Assembly (NCBI GenBank): GCA_037447605.1
Contig: CM074814.1
Span: 124,001-188,000 of the forward strand
Direction: 5' to 3'
DNA length: 64,000 bases
DNA from: Zygnema circumcarinatum SAG 698-1b
Taxonomy: Eukaryota > Plantae > Zygnematophyceae
The notes under the pieces were generated by a model. The model made no database searches and was not told the origin of the DNA. It saw only the letters and a program-made list of their open reading frames with translations. Shown here piece by piece: positions 30,321-42,459 of this stretch. The position numbers and the translations under genes were made by a program. Every line of letters begins with the position of its first letter. Position 1 is the stretch's first letter.

Positions 30321-31072
30321 GGCGCCGAAATATTCCGTGCATGCGTGGCTGCCAGCGCGGCACCGCTCCGTTGCTGACAGGGGCAGGGAGTTTCGTGGAA
30401 GGCGGGAATACCGTACAAGGTCGGAGTCTAAAGCGTGCAGATTATTAACAGTGAGGTTTTGTGAATATCGCAAACTAATAAGTACCTTTTAGTATACTAA
30501 ATTCGGGAATTTAGTACGCTCCGGGCAATGTCTGAAACCCCCCCTAATTGAGGGAGAGAAGTAAAAGCTCTCGTCCAGATGGTGCTCCAGTTTGAAGGGC
30601 GAAACGAGGTATAATAAGGTGAGCTTGCCATACAAAAGTTTCTGAAATTTCGAGGCACATTGCGCAGACACTTGACCGTTCCTTCTTAGGATTCTGTATT
30701 GGTATTTCTATTCAATTTACAAAAATTGTCTAGTACAACGTCTTTGACCCTCCTTAGGGAAGTTCCATTACGCGAAGACTGCTCTAAAAATAAACACATA
30801 CCTACCGGCTGATATTAGGAATAGATAAAATCGGCCCAAGAAAGCAAGATTATTTTCGGAAACCTAAACTGACTTAAATCTGTGTAGCGTGTGGAAAGCA
30901 GTCCCTGGAGTTCGAAAACGCTCTTGAACTCTCCTTTCCAGGTGCTAAAGACGTTTCTTATCATGATAATACCAACTACTTATTCAAGTTCCGTTGCTGC
31001 TTTAGGCAAATTTTGATATAGATGATCCCCGCCTTGTTGGTCTTGCATTGGTGGAGAAGATAAGCAAGGAGG

Positions 31073-34000
31073 TCAAAGCTTTGAGAGAGGCGGGACCGAA
31101 CTGGTCAGTCCGGTCTCCTTCGTTGGAGCTCCCTCAAGCTCCGGCTCACTAGGAGGGACATCAATGGCCGGGGATGCATTGAAGAAGCCGTGGGGCTGTG
31201 AAGTGTCAAGCAATACAAGGGAGTTAGAAAAAAACACAAGAACGAATTTCTGCATTTTTGCATACAGGCATTCTCTTTCCCTCCATTCGCCCTTCACTCA
31301 CTACATTTTGACTATTTTTTTGAACCCATGTGAAGGGGAGAAAAGCATGCAGTACGTAGTCGAGATACCGTAGAGTAGCCCAGTGGGGGATACGGATGGG
31401 GTGAGAGACGATGGAGGGCACCTGCAGCATGAAGCCCGTGTGCTCCACCGGCATGACCGGCCAATCCTCCAACCTCGGGACATGGGTAACACCAAAGACA
31501 TACCTGCATGCATGTGCAGAATTTCATTCCTACATCAGGGAGAGCCATCATACTAAGCCTAGCAATTATCGGTTCCTGGAGGAGACAGGCTTCCGCCAAA
31601 GCACATGACGCAATTACATCTTCAACTTTTGCATGAGCGACTTTTTGTTCAATACATTCTGACGGATCAGTAAGCCTAGCAACACAGGCCGGACTTAAGA
31701 AACTCGCTGTTCAAGGTGTCATAGGTTCCGAAAAAAGATTTGAATTGAACTCACCACAGGACGACATCTGCTTCGTCAATTTTGCGGTTCTGCTTTATCC
31801 ATGTTCCCAATCCTTCTCCAACTCGGGGGTTTTGATTTGGAAACTCTCCTCCCGGAAAGCATTCCTCGCGAGCGTATGGAGTGACCCATAAGTTATGCAT
31901 GAGGAAGGGTGCCCTCCGAAGGAACATGGCATTGGGGTTCACCAGAGGAAGGCAATTGGGCCCTGGAACAAGCTTGTAGGCTGTCGGATGTCCAGTTCGG
32001 TTAACAACACGAGTGTTGCGGACCTGCAGCAATGAAGGCGTAGAGTTAAAATTACCGCTTAAGCGGCATAAAAATAAGTCAAGTGGCGGTAGGGGTGGGG
32101 GGAGGGGACGTAGTGGGAAAAAATGCGAGCGACAGGAAACGCGGAAGGTAAGTGAGAGGGAATGAATGTGAGGGCGAAATGGTGGAAGGGAAAGCGCAAG
32201 AGCGGGGAGGGAGGTTAGGGAGAGGGGGAAAATGAGTGACGAGGAAGCTGGGGGAGTTAGAGAGGATATTGAAGAATTAGAGTACGCGAAACCCTAAATC
32301 CATGCAGGATTAATCTAGTAAAAGGTGCTCATATACACCTAATACACATACAAACGATCCAGAGCTAGACCGGATACGAAGGTATGAAGAAGAATACGAC
32401 AGTTTCCTTCTTACCAGCCAATGGCGGGCGGTTGTCTGATCGCAATCACGAGCTGCTTCTAACTCCGTCTTAAACACTTTCTCCTCCGCATAGAAAGCGT
32501 TGTTGTGAGGGTTGTTTGGGCCGGGCTCTTCCGTCCTCACATTCAATTCTACAACCTGCCCCATCTCTCAATCGTTCCTTCAGTCAGCAAGTGGGACCTA
32601 AGATGTGCTACAAATCCACACTAGCCTGGAACTGTGAATACTATCAACTCTTCCTCCCCATTCGTTTCTCAAAATCCAGGTAAACCATCAGCTCCATTAG
32701 CAGCAACTTTCCTTTGATGAAAAGACCCTTGAAAACCACCCCTAGTGGAATGCAATTTTAATGAGGAGGCTGCTTGCCTACCTGATTGGCATGTTCCCCC
32801 GGTTTGCAATCAACTGCCATATCTAGCCGAGCTACAAAAAAGTGCTGATGAACGGGTGCATAAAGCCCCGGCGCGATAACAGTTCCATATTTCCGATACT
32901 CCCCATCACGTAGGGAGCCTACACTAAGGATTCCCGTCAGCTTCACCTCCGCTTCAATTTTTCCATCCTGCCAGCAGAGAATTAACAATAGTATTATCCA
33001 ATTAACGTTAGAAGGTCAAGCTTTCAACACATTTAAACAAAACAAACTTAGGTTTCTTCCCTGAGAATGGCTGCCCGTTTTGAAGGAGTTTTAGGCACAT
33101 AAGTGGCGCCTCTAGGAGTCCAACTAGGAACGAGCGAAAATATGCAGGTAAACTGTTTGCTTCTTGCTCTGAATGCTTTGGAGGCCCAGTGAGAAGTTAG
33201 TACCTGGAAGAAATGCCAGAAGAAGCCGTATTCATAATTGGCTATTGTGCAGATAAAGGAGATCGTAAGGCGGCGAGATCTTCGAACTTCGGTATGGCCA
33301 CTTCGCCAATCCATGTGCTTCCATAGGATCCCATGATCCTCTTCATGCATGCAAATAACATTTTCTATTGCCTCAACTTGCCCGGAAAAGGTCGTAAGAT
33401 ACGCGTCAAAATATTTAATGTTGCCAACACAATCACAACCCTGGAGAAGAGTCAAGAAAACGAAGATTCAACTTAAATATAGGGAATGAAAGCCCATGGC
33501 TTTAAAACATGGTACTGAGGGAACAGGAAAGCTGAACTCCAGTATGAGGATATTGGAAATCTTCTATGTCCCAGAAGTGAAGAAAAGAGTAGAGTAGAGA
33601 GAGCGGGGAGAGCGAGGGGGGAGGGATGGAGAGAGGCACAGAGAAAGGAAGGGCAGGAGAGAAAAACAGAAGAGAGGGAGCAGGTCGAGCCTGCTAGGAC
33701 TCTTACTATGACTGGTAGGAGGGGAAAGAGTGACAACAGTACCTTTTTCAAAGAATGTGCATTTTTTCCAAGGCCGTCTTCTCCGGCATCAAAGGCATTC
33801 TTGCGGTAATGTGGTTCAAGGGGGTCGCCATAGGGCACCACCATCTCACAAAAGCTCATTCGGTGCGCTATCGAACGTCTGCCTTGATTGTCATCATCGT
33901 ATGCCACGGTGTGAAGGACAAGGCCCTCCTTGGGCGTAAATCCGATACGGAAACTCCACTGCCGCCAGAGAGACATGTTAGCATACGACGTTACAAAACA

Positions 34001-36297
34001 TTGCTGATGGTTTTAGAGAATACTGGGGTTGGGGCAGTGGGGCCACAAGAAAGTATTGACCAGCGTGAGCAGTAGCCGTTAACAGTAACGATGCCACATT
34101 TGTACCATGTGACAAACGGACAGTGGAATTTCTTGAGGGATGCCCTCATGCACCCATACAAACAGCCGCAGCAACCGCCAAAATGACCATAAATCTATCA
34201 CGCAGATTTCTCGCTGCACTCTTTTTAAGAGAAATGGGGCTATTCTGTAGACGCTCTCACCTTCTGCCACTCCACGGAGTAGCCATTCACCCGAAAACTG
34301 GGCCCCTCCGGCTGCACTATCTGCAGAGGCTTCAGGTCCGTCCGGTCAACCCCTCCCCTGTCTGTGGCCACTGTATAATTTCGCAGAGGGTCAGGTGGAG
34401 GTAGAGGCACAAACTGTTGGTCCTCAAATCCTACCACTTCCATTTTCTGCATATCGACGAGCACCATGATGCCCTCTATAGGCCGTGCATACCCATTATC
34501 GAGTGTGCAGTCGCTTTCAGAACGGGCAAAAAAGATGGGCTTCGCCAGTCGGCGACTTGGATTATCTGCATCGGAGTAGTATCCCACACACCTGCAGAGT
34601 AATGGTAATTAATAAACAATCAAAATATTGAATACCCGACGTTCAAGACTCCCTAGCTGGTGTTTCTCTTTGAGAAAAATGAAAAGGTAATGTCTCCACG
34701 AGGTAGTTCTGCCCCATTACATCAACATCATCAGCAAGTTTTATGGATGATAAGGCTTAGGAGTTGATAAAGAGGCTCACCAAGGATCAGCCATAACCAG
34801 GCTCATGTCATCGATTCCGCGCTTCCGTATGGCTTCAATGAATGGAGGATATGCCTTCACACAGGCTTCACATTCTGCATACTCGACAGCGTCCTGCACA
34901 ACAGAGAGCACTAGGTAAGAGAACAGTGGTGATAGAAAGACGGGGAGAGAGGAACGTACAGGTGGGCCAGTTCCCAGATTACCTGTTCAACAGATTTTAT
35001 GAGCTACAGAAGCACCAAGGGATACAAAGATAGTAACCGGGACTCACTAGCGGAGGCTGCACATCCGGAATCACTTCGCTTGATAAAACTCTACCACGCT
35101 GATGCCCACCTCGAGCCGCTGCTCTGACTTCAGTGAGCTCCACGATCCATATCGAAGTTTCATTGGTGAGTTTATTGTAAACCATAACTCGAGCCTGGCG
35201 AGGGGGGAGCTGAACTGGTACAATGGCCGCTCCCCCTTTTCCCCTAGGCAGCTTGTAGAGGCCAGGCTGATAGGGGCGGAAAAAGTGCGCATTTGCAAGA
35301 GCCACCACATCCTTTTCTGGCTCTCGAAGAGACACTTCGCAGAACCGCATCCCATCACGAATCTGCATGTTGGGGAAAAGAAAGCGGTTTTCTGAATTTG
35401 TACTGCAGCAGAATTCAAAACTAGAACTTTGGGCATTGATCAGACTGCAATCGATCGCAGTGGACCAAAAATGCCTTACAAGGAATTTAATCAATAATCA
35501 ACAACTTGATGGATAAATTCCTCTTATTGCTTCTGCTACACAAAAGAAACTCACCTCCGGAGTCGCTCCAGCTGCCCGCACTGATGCTACTGCGACTGCT
35601 ACCTCAGCAGCATTCAGAGGGTCCAGGGGGTGCATGAGAGGTGCTCGACCAGAAGGCATATTTCCGCCACCTGGCAATATTATATTGGGCAATAGGCAAA
35701 CCAAGCAATCAGACAATGCTCTGCCGTTACGAGGGAAGTCTCATCAATTCAAGGCCTCATCATGTCCTTCTGATTAACTTGTTAGACGTAATGCTTGATA
35801 AGATTATGAAAAGAAGTAACTGCTTCACAAGAATGTACGCCAGGGCACGCACACGGAAAAAAAAACAATATCTCAAAAGACCAGCTGTCAGACTGCTTCA
35901 TAAACTAAAACGGGATAGGGAAAGCTCAGCAAAGTTCAGTTTATTTCCATCGATCAAATTTGTCCCTTCCAGGATCCGCGATTCAATGTTAAACAACTCA
36001 ATAGGAAAACAAGGCTTTACTCTAACTCTTCTGTTCCAAAAACCACAGCAGCGACAACGATAGGCAGCAACGTCAGGGGAATAATCATAGAACATAATGA
36101 AAAAACACCTCACTTGCAGCAGCAGGCGACGCATTTGTAGCCAAGGCTCCTGCAAATGCTTTAGGGTCCAAGGCTGCCTCAGCTCCCCCTTGCTTAGCCG
36201 CAAAAGTGGCGCTCATTTCTACTTGAGAGAGTGCGTCTTGCTCACAACTGCTGCAGGCAGCAGCTTTATTTGAACTTTGCTTCGATTCCGGAGCCAT
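31073..36297 (-). CDS. CuAO: Copper amine oxidase, peroxisomal (CuAO-zeta type), multi-exon
   Basis: HPLDPL, topaquinone motif [10 protein letters not shown], Cu ligands HQHFF and [25 protein letters not shown], and C-terminal PTS1 tripeptide SKL before the stop at 31073. Confidence 0.95.
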
Positions 36298-37697
36298 GGA
36301 TTCGCTGTTCCTTCTGCAACAACAATATCACTTCCAACAGTCAATGGAAGCTAACACTAAAAAAGAACTTATAAGAAGAAAACTGCAGGAGCTAAAGGTG
36401 ACGGAAGAGGCTTTAAAGGAATTATCTGTGGTAATGCGCAGAAAATTCTGGGCGGCAATTGGCAGCCAAGGCAATGTGAATAAACAACAAGGAAATGCAG
36501 GCTATAAGAAAATGTTCGCCGGGCAAGAAAAAGCGGATATTCTGCAAAACTCGAATTAAGATACTCTAACGAGATATTCTGAAGCAATCAGCTTGCAAGC
36601 TGCAAATCCGTAACGTTGGAAACGCAGACATCCAGGAATGTTATGCAGCTGACCAGAAAGAGAAAGTATACACTCCAATTCAAGACATAAATTACCGCAT
36701 TTTGCAAATACGAGTACAGGTATGGTAGCAAGTGATGAGCCAGGCTCAAGCCGGAACCACATGTACCACGAACACTGACAACGAGGAGATGCGAAAATAC
36801 CGTCGGAATAAGACTTACCACTAACACTTTCACGAATTTGAACTTGATTGCGCGATATCACTCAATTACAACAGCTTCAATGCATGCTTATATGATGCTT
36901 CTTTTGCTTCCCTCTGCCCGCTGCCAGATCTCTCCTCCGGCTCCTCGTGCAAGTGTCTTGCCAGTGTGCTTGGACAGCCTGCAAATCTGCCCAAAAACAA
37001 GGGCAGGACTAAAAAAGGAGTAGTCGACCAATGACAGGTCCTCAAGTCGGACCGGGCAGCTCGACGGGCACGAAAATGGAAACTTGGAGTTCCGAGGACA
37101 AGAAAGACGGTGCTGCAGCGAAAGGACGCGGGCGGGACTCCGAACGGGTATCACCAATGGGAATCCACCACGTGGACACTCCTGAAATAAAAACCAATCA
37201 CAGGGCTCCACGCCTACCAAGTTCTGACGTGGCATACTTTGATTGGTTTGTATGTCCAAGATACGGTAACAGTACCGTCGAGGGGAAATCGGTCTAAATC
37301 TTTTTGACGAATCGGAAACTAATTTCGAATTTGCGCCGCATCTGCGTCCCTCTTGGTCCTACTGGGGACATTTTCCATAAAGATCGCGTCCAGTTTACGC
37401 GCAGTTCGAGGACGGGCATCCAATAAGGAGTCACCACGTTAACACATCTAATTGTGATAAAGACCGAAATGGACACGTGGTTAGCCGTCACGGCACAGTT
37501 TTCTGAATGGATTTTAATCGAGAAAGTACGGCGACGGTACGGCATTGTGAACCAAACGGTAGGGGATAATTTGTCGTTTTGCGACATGTTGTCGGGAAGC
37601 GGGCCGAAGGGATCGGTTGTCGGCTAACTGATTGAGAGCTAAAAGATTAGATGTTTTTTGATATTAAAAATTTAACCTTTAACTTCAGCTGAACATC

Positions 37698-37770
37698 GGG
37701 GATGTAGCTCACATGGTAGAGCGCTCGCTTCGCATGCGAGAGGTACGGGGATCGATACCCCGCGTCTCCA
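37698..37770 (+). tRNA. tRNA-Ala(CGC)
   Basis: Full cloverleaf GGGGATG...CGTCTCCA, G3:U70 identity pair, anticodon loop TT-CGC-AT, eukaryotic Ala T-loop ATCGATA, followed by a T5 Pol III terminator. Confidence 0.97.
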
Positions 37771-38076
37771 CTTTTTCCGTGCAGGTTTGCAATTTTTTTC
37801 GCTGCGGGAAGCGCTTTTGTTGCTTTGTTATAAGAAATACAAAAGACAAAGAGTTATGGTTAGAGTCACCCTCCACCAAAGCATCATTCAACGTTGACAA
37901 GTTTCAGCTTCAACTTCAGTGACATTTTTCGCCGCTTAATGGAAAAAGAAACAAAGACCTCATGTTTACATTATTGTATCTCAAATCAAAGCTTAAACTT
38001 CACCTTGAAATACAATCCCTACTACAAAAAAAAAATGATCAAGGAAACTCCTTTGTTGAGCACCAATCATGACCAA

Positions 38077-41000
38077 TCAGTATGTCTGACTTGGTGCTGG
38101 CTCCGTTGACTTTGACGCTGCCTGCTTGAGCAGTTGCTTTGTGCATGCAATCATGGCGTTGACTTCGTCTTCCGTTGACATTCCGCTCGCTCGCCACCTC
38201 ACTCGTCCTCGCTCATCCAGCAAAAATGCGTATCTGCCCGGGAAGAAACGAACACAAACAGAAAAAAAAAAAAAAAAAAAAAATTGACATTATCAGATTG
38301 AAAACTTCTCAATAGTAGGAGGAGAGAGCGATGAGCCCAGAGGCGTGTCAAGCAAACCAGCAAACACTGAATTGGGAGAGGGAGAGGGAGAGGGAGAGGG
38401 AGAGGGAGAGGGAGAGGGAGAGGAGAGGGAGAGGAGAGGGAGAGGGAGAGGGAGAGGGAGAGGAGAGGGAGAGAGGGAGAGGGAGAGGGAGAGGGAGAGG
38501 GAGAGGGAGAGGGAGAGGGAGAGGGAGAGGGAGAGGGAGAGGGAGAGGGAGAGGGAGAGGGAGAGGGAGAGGGAGAGGGAGAGTGCCTTACCCAGTGAGT
38601 CTGTTGATGATTCCAAGAGCCTTCCTCATGGTCCAGGTGTCTCCAAAGGCGTAGAGAACCTTCACCTTCACTTTGGCCTCCTCTCCTTCCGAGGGCCCCG
38701 CCGTGGCCTTAGAGCGCATCGTTCGGAGGAGGAGAGTGCGCACGGGAGGGAGGGAGAGGAGCCAAGACTCGATGAAGGAGACCTGAAGGAGAGGGTGGGG
38801 GGAGGATAGGAGAGGGAGGGGGAGAGGGAGAGGGAGAGGATAAGAGGGGAAGCGACAGAGAATGGGAGAGAGGGAGGGAGATAGCGAGAGAGAGAGAGAG
38901 AGAAAGGTACACCGTGAGTTCGGAAGGCCCTCAGAATGATCGAGAATGTAGTCAGGTTGAATACGTTTAAATGTAGCCAACCTATAGAGATTACTAAAGC
39001 TGAGTGACTACAGCATCACAGAGAGTTGAGCATGTTCAGAGTGAGCTCACCTCGTATGCATGTAGTCCGAGTGTGGGTCCAAATTCACTCACAAATGGCT
39101 TGCTCCAAGACTCCACCATGGCCTGGCCCGGCAACGGAACACAGGGCAGTGAGAAAACGATGAGCAGAAAAAGGACCACAGAGAAAAAGGTGGAAATTTT
39201 GGGCAACTGGCAAAAAAAAAATTGTGTTTTTTTTTTTTTTTTTTTTTCACCTGCGCACCCGCTCGAAAGGTGACGCAGACGAGACAAATTCGGTTGCTGC
39301 CCGAGTCAACGCCAGTGGACTCAGTCAAAGCTGTGGGCCCCACATGCTGAGGTGGCAGCTCCACAACGGAGCCTTCAGCTGTCCTCGTCAGCAGATGCGG
39401 AAAGAGGGCTGCGGCAGCGACAGGTGTCAGCGCCCGAGCGGTCGTTGCCATCTGCAGGGGCCACGTGGCACCTTTCAATTAGTTCATGAACTGAACTGAA
39501 CTGAACTGAACTGAACTGAACTGAACTGAACTGAACTGGACTGGACTGAACTGAACTGGACTGAACTGAACTGGACTGAACTGAACTGGACTGAACAACT
39601 GAACTGAACTGAACTGAACTGAACTGAACTGAACTGAACTGAACTGAACTGGACTGGACTGAACTGAACTGAACTGAACTGGACTGAACTGAACTGAACT
39701 GGACTGAACTGAACTGGACTGGTCTGAACTGAACTGAGCTGAGCTGAGCTGAGCTGAACTGAACTGAACTGAACTGAACTGAACTGAACTGGACTGGTCT
39801 GAACTGAACTGAGCTGAGCTGAGCTGAACTGAACTGAACTGAACTGAATTGTCACTCATGGAACCGCTGAGCGCTTAAAACTCAAACCAAACAAACTCAT
39901 CAAACCATGTCCAATGCAGTGCGGTATCTTTTCTACTTTTTTACAATCGCCATCTTCTTGACAGTACAAAATTTGACAGAAAAAAAAAAAAGCTTACTAT
40001 TGAGTTGTAGATAATCCTCTAAAGGAAATTCATTATTCATATCTCCCACGAACCTTGCCGCTCGTCTTCTTCAGCTCCTTGAAGTCTTCAAAATAACCGC
40101 GATTTACCTCATCCTGCCTGCAACCCCACCACAGATAAACTCAAAATAGCCTTAAGAATAATTCGAATTTTTTATTAGCTAATTGCTAATTGCTAATTGC
40201 TAATTTTAAAAAGTTTAATTCTTGGAGCTACATAGCTTCAGTTCCACTTCGTTCCCAATTCAGTTCCACTTTCACTTTCACCACAATCTTCATCCAGTTC
40301 AAGTTCAACTCATGCTGCGCCACGTCATGATGTTACTCCATGGCGTGAATCTGAACCCCAATCCCTTTGGGTTTGGATTCCAGGTTCTTCTTACACAATT
40401 TGTTCAGAGAATTCCTTGTTTTCCACTAAGAATTTGCGCTAAGCTACGCGCTTCGTTGAGCTTGCCATTAGCGTTACCGTAACTAAGTTGACCTACTTCT
40501 TTTTGCAAGCGTCGTTTTTCATTATCTAGAATATCTTTGAAAAATATCTTAAATTTCTCGTTTAGTTCTAAATAATGTCGTAAACGTTTGTTGATTAAAA
40601 TAACTCGTCGATAGAATCTAAAACAGCAGTTTCGTAAAGTAAAAGGCCTTTTAAGAAGTATATTGTTTCACTTTCGAGGGTTTCTTGCACTCACAGCTTT
40701 TCCCTCTCACGAGCCCACGCCTCCTTGCTGAACACCTGCGCCACATAACGCCAAGTTTTGGCCCAGCATGCGTAAATTACAGGAAGGGGGGGGGAAAGGG
40801 GAGGGAGAGGAGAGGAGGGAGATCACAAAGTTGTGTGGAAAGAAGGGTGAGATGGAGGGGAGGGAGAGGGAGAGGGGCGGGAGAGAGAGGGAGGGCAAAA
40901 TGGGCGGTTAAGAACAAGAAGGAGCAGGAGGGAGGGGTTAAGAAAGGGAAAATGGTGGGAGGTGACATGAAAAAATTCGAGAGGAGTTAAGATCCCCCNN

Positions 41001-41392
41001 NNNNNNNNCCCCCCCCCCCCCCCCCCCCCCCCCTCTCCTTCTTTTTCTCTATTGTAATGACAAAGGGACGAGCTTCAGGTTCAGCTTACAGAGAAGACGT
41101 TGAGATTTCGGCGGCTTCCGAGAAGCGAGGGGTTGACGAAAAGGGATTGGTTTCCATTTTCAAAAATTCCGAGAATTCGTTCCTCCGTTTTCCCCAACTC
41201 GTGTTGCCGTAAACTGCCAAACTTTTTCTGAACTTGTCCAAATTTTAGAGTTTGAAGGCGTTGTCGAAGGAAGCGCTGTTCACAAATGCAAATGCCACAA
41301 AGAGTGAGCCAAAACGAACCGTTTTTTTGGGATTTGGCTTGAAACCTTAAAATCACAAAAAACCTTTTAAACATGCAAAAAGGAAAATGCAT
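38077..41392 (-). CDS. ATP10: Mitochondrial ATP synthase assembly factor ATP10 (multi-exon)
   Basis: Exons encode ...RRNLNVFS / [14 protein letters not shown] / [21 protein letters not shown] / ...[12 protein letters not shown] / [10 protein letters not shown] / VSFIESWLL...[19 protein letters not shown] / [17 protein letters not shown]. This is the ATP10 family pattern. The start could instead be the second ATG (MFKRFF). Confidence 0.88.
38374..38583. repeat. (GGGAGA)n hexamer microsatellite in the last ATP10 intron
   Basis: About 35 near-perfect units starting a few nt after the 5' splice site. Confidence 0.92.
39487..39848. repeat. (CTGAA)n pentamer satellite in an ATP10 intron
   Basis: About 70 units with CTGGA and CTGAG variants, plus an internal higher-order duplication. 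Confidence 0.95.
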
Positions 41393-41803
41393 TGCGTGGG
41401 ACCTGTGTGCACCTTCTGCATCATTTTGGATGTCAACGAGGTCCAGAGTTATGTTTTAACATAATCGTAAGGTATGTCTCAATGCCTCTCTGTTCTTTGG
41501 GGAGGAGAGAGAGGGAGGAAAAGTAAGAGAGGGGAAGCGAGAGAGAGGGGAGAGAGAGAGAGAGAGAACGAGGGGAGGGAGACAGACAGACAGAGAGAAG
41601 AGAGACAAGTCGTGAAGGGAGTAAGGAAAAGGATCAAGATCAGGTTAACCTTTCTTATTCAATATTAGTCAAGATTAGTCAAGATTAGTGAGGGGTGGCA
41701 TTAGAGTTCAAGTTCAGAGTAAGGGATACAGTTTGCTTTGGTGTTAGGGCTGAGAATTTGGGCCTCAAGAAAAGAAAAAAACAGGGGAATGAGGCCACCC
41801 TAC

Positions 41804-41860
41804 GGTTTAGGGTTAGAATTCAGGGTTCAGGGTTCAGGGTTAGGGTTAGGGTTAGGGTTA
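41804..41860. repeat. Interstitial telomere-like TTAGGG/TTCAGGG repeats (telo-box-like) 5' of ATP10
   Basis: GGTTTAGGGTTAGAATTCAGGGTTCAGGGTTCAGGGTTAGGGTTAGGGTTAGGGTTA. Confidence 0.75.
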
Positions 41861-42459
41861 GATCTGGAAGTAGTGAGGCAGGCAGGTGGTTATGGCAAAA
41901 ATTGTGACTAAAAAGGTCAGAGAATCGTTTAGTCATGACCAGTATAGGTTAGTTTTTTCTTCTGCTAGTCGTTCATTGTAGCTACACCTAGTTATAACTA
42001 AATACCCCAGTTTAGTTTAGTCATGGGTCGTTTAGGGCCATTGCGGGGATTGAGATACTGAAAAAAGAAACCGAAGATTTCCAATCGGGCGCTCGTCACG
42101 TGGCTGCTGACGGGGATCCTTCTCCAATGACAGAGTGCCAGCTGGCGCACAGCCGCGACCGACAGTGACAGCCGGTCAAAGTCGCAGAGCTTACAGTCAA
42201 TAGGGCGGGAGCCGTGAGTCACGTGACGAGCAATGATTGGATGAGCAATGCTGGAACTCGCTTTTTTTTCCCAGTTCAAAAAGAAAAGTGGGCCATCCGA
42301 CGTGGCCCGGTTTTCGATTCCGATTGGCGAGGCCCCCGCCGGGAAAACGACCAAAGTTCTCAACATCTGACGGCTCACTTGAGGCGATTTTACGTGCGAA
42401 GCCATCGACCGTCCGATTAAAAGTAGCTTTAAAAACTTTTTTTACAAAAGTTAACTTTA

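Noticed and set aside
37709-37922. ORFs overlapping the tRNAs (also 61540-61803)
   Set aside because: Chance frames across tRNA-Ala genes.
38913-38981. Possible poison exon in ATP10 (TAG|69 nt|GTGTAC with an early TAA)
   Set aside because: The donor is weak, the flanking exons already join in frame, and there is no supporting evidence.
39487-39848. Regular repeat array as a possible CRISPR
   Set aside because: 5-bp tandem units with no unique spacers, no cas genes, and a eukaryotic intron context.
40999-41033. Poly-C run and other 10-N gaps (12805-12814, 13397-13406, 15771-15780, 59589-59598)
   Set aside because: Assembly gaps at low-complexity sequence, not biological features. Neighbouring lengths are unreliable.
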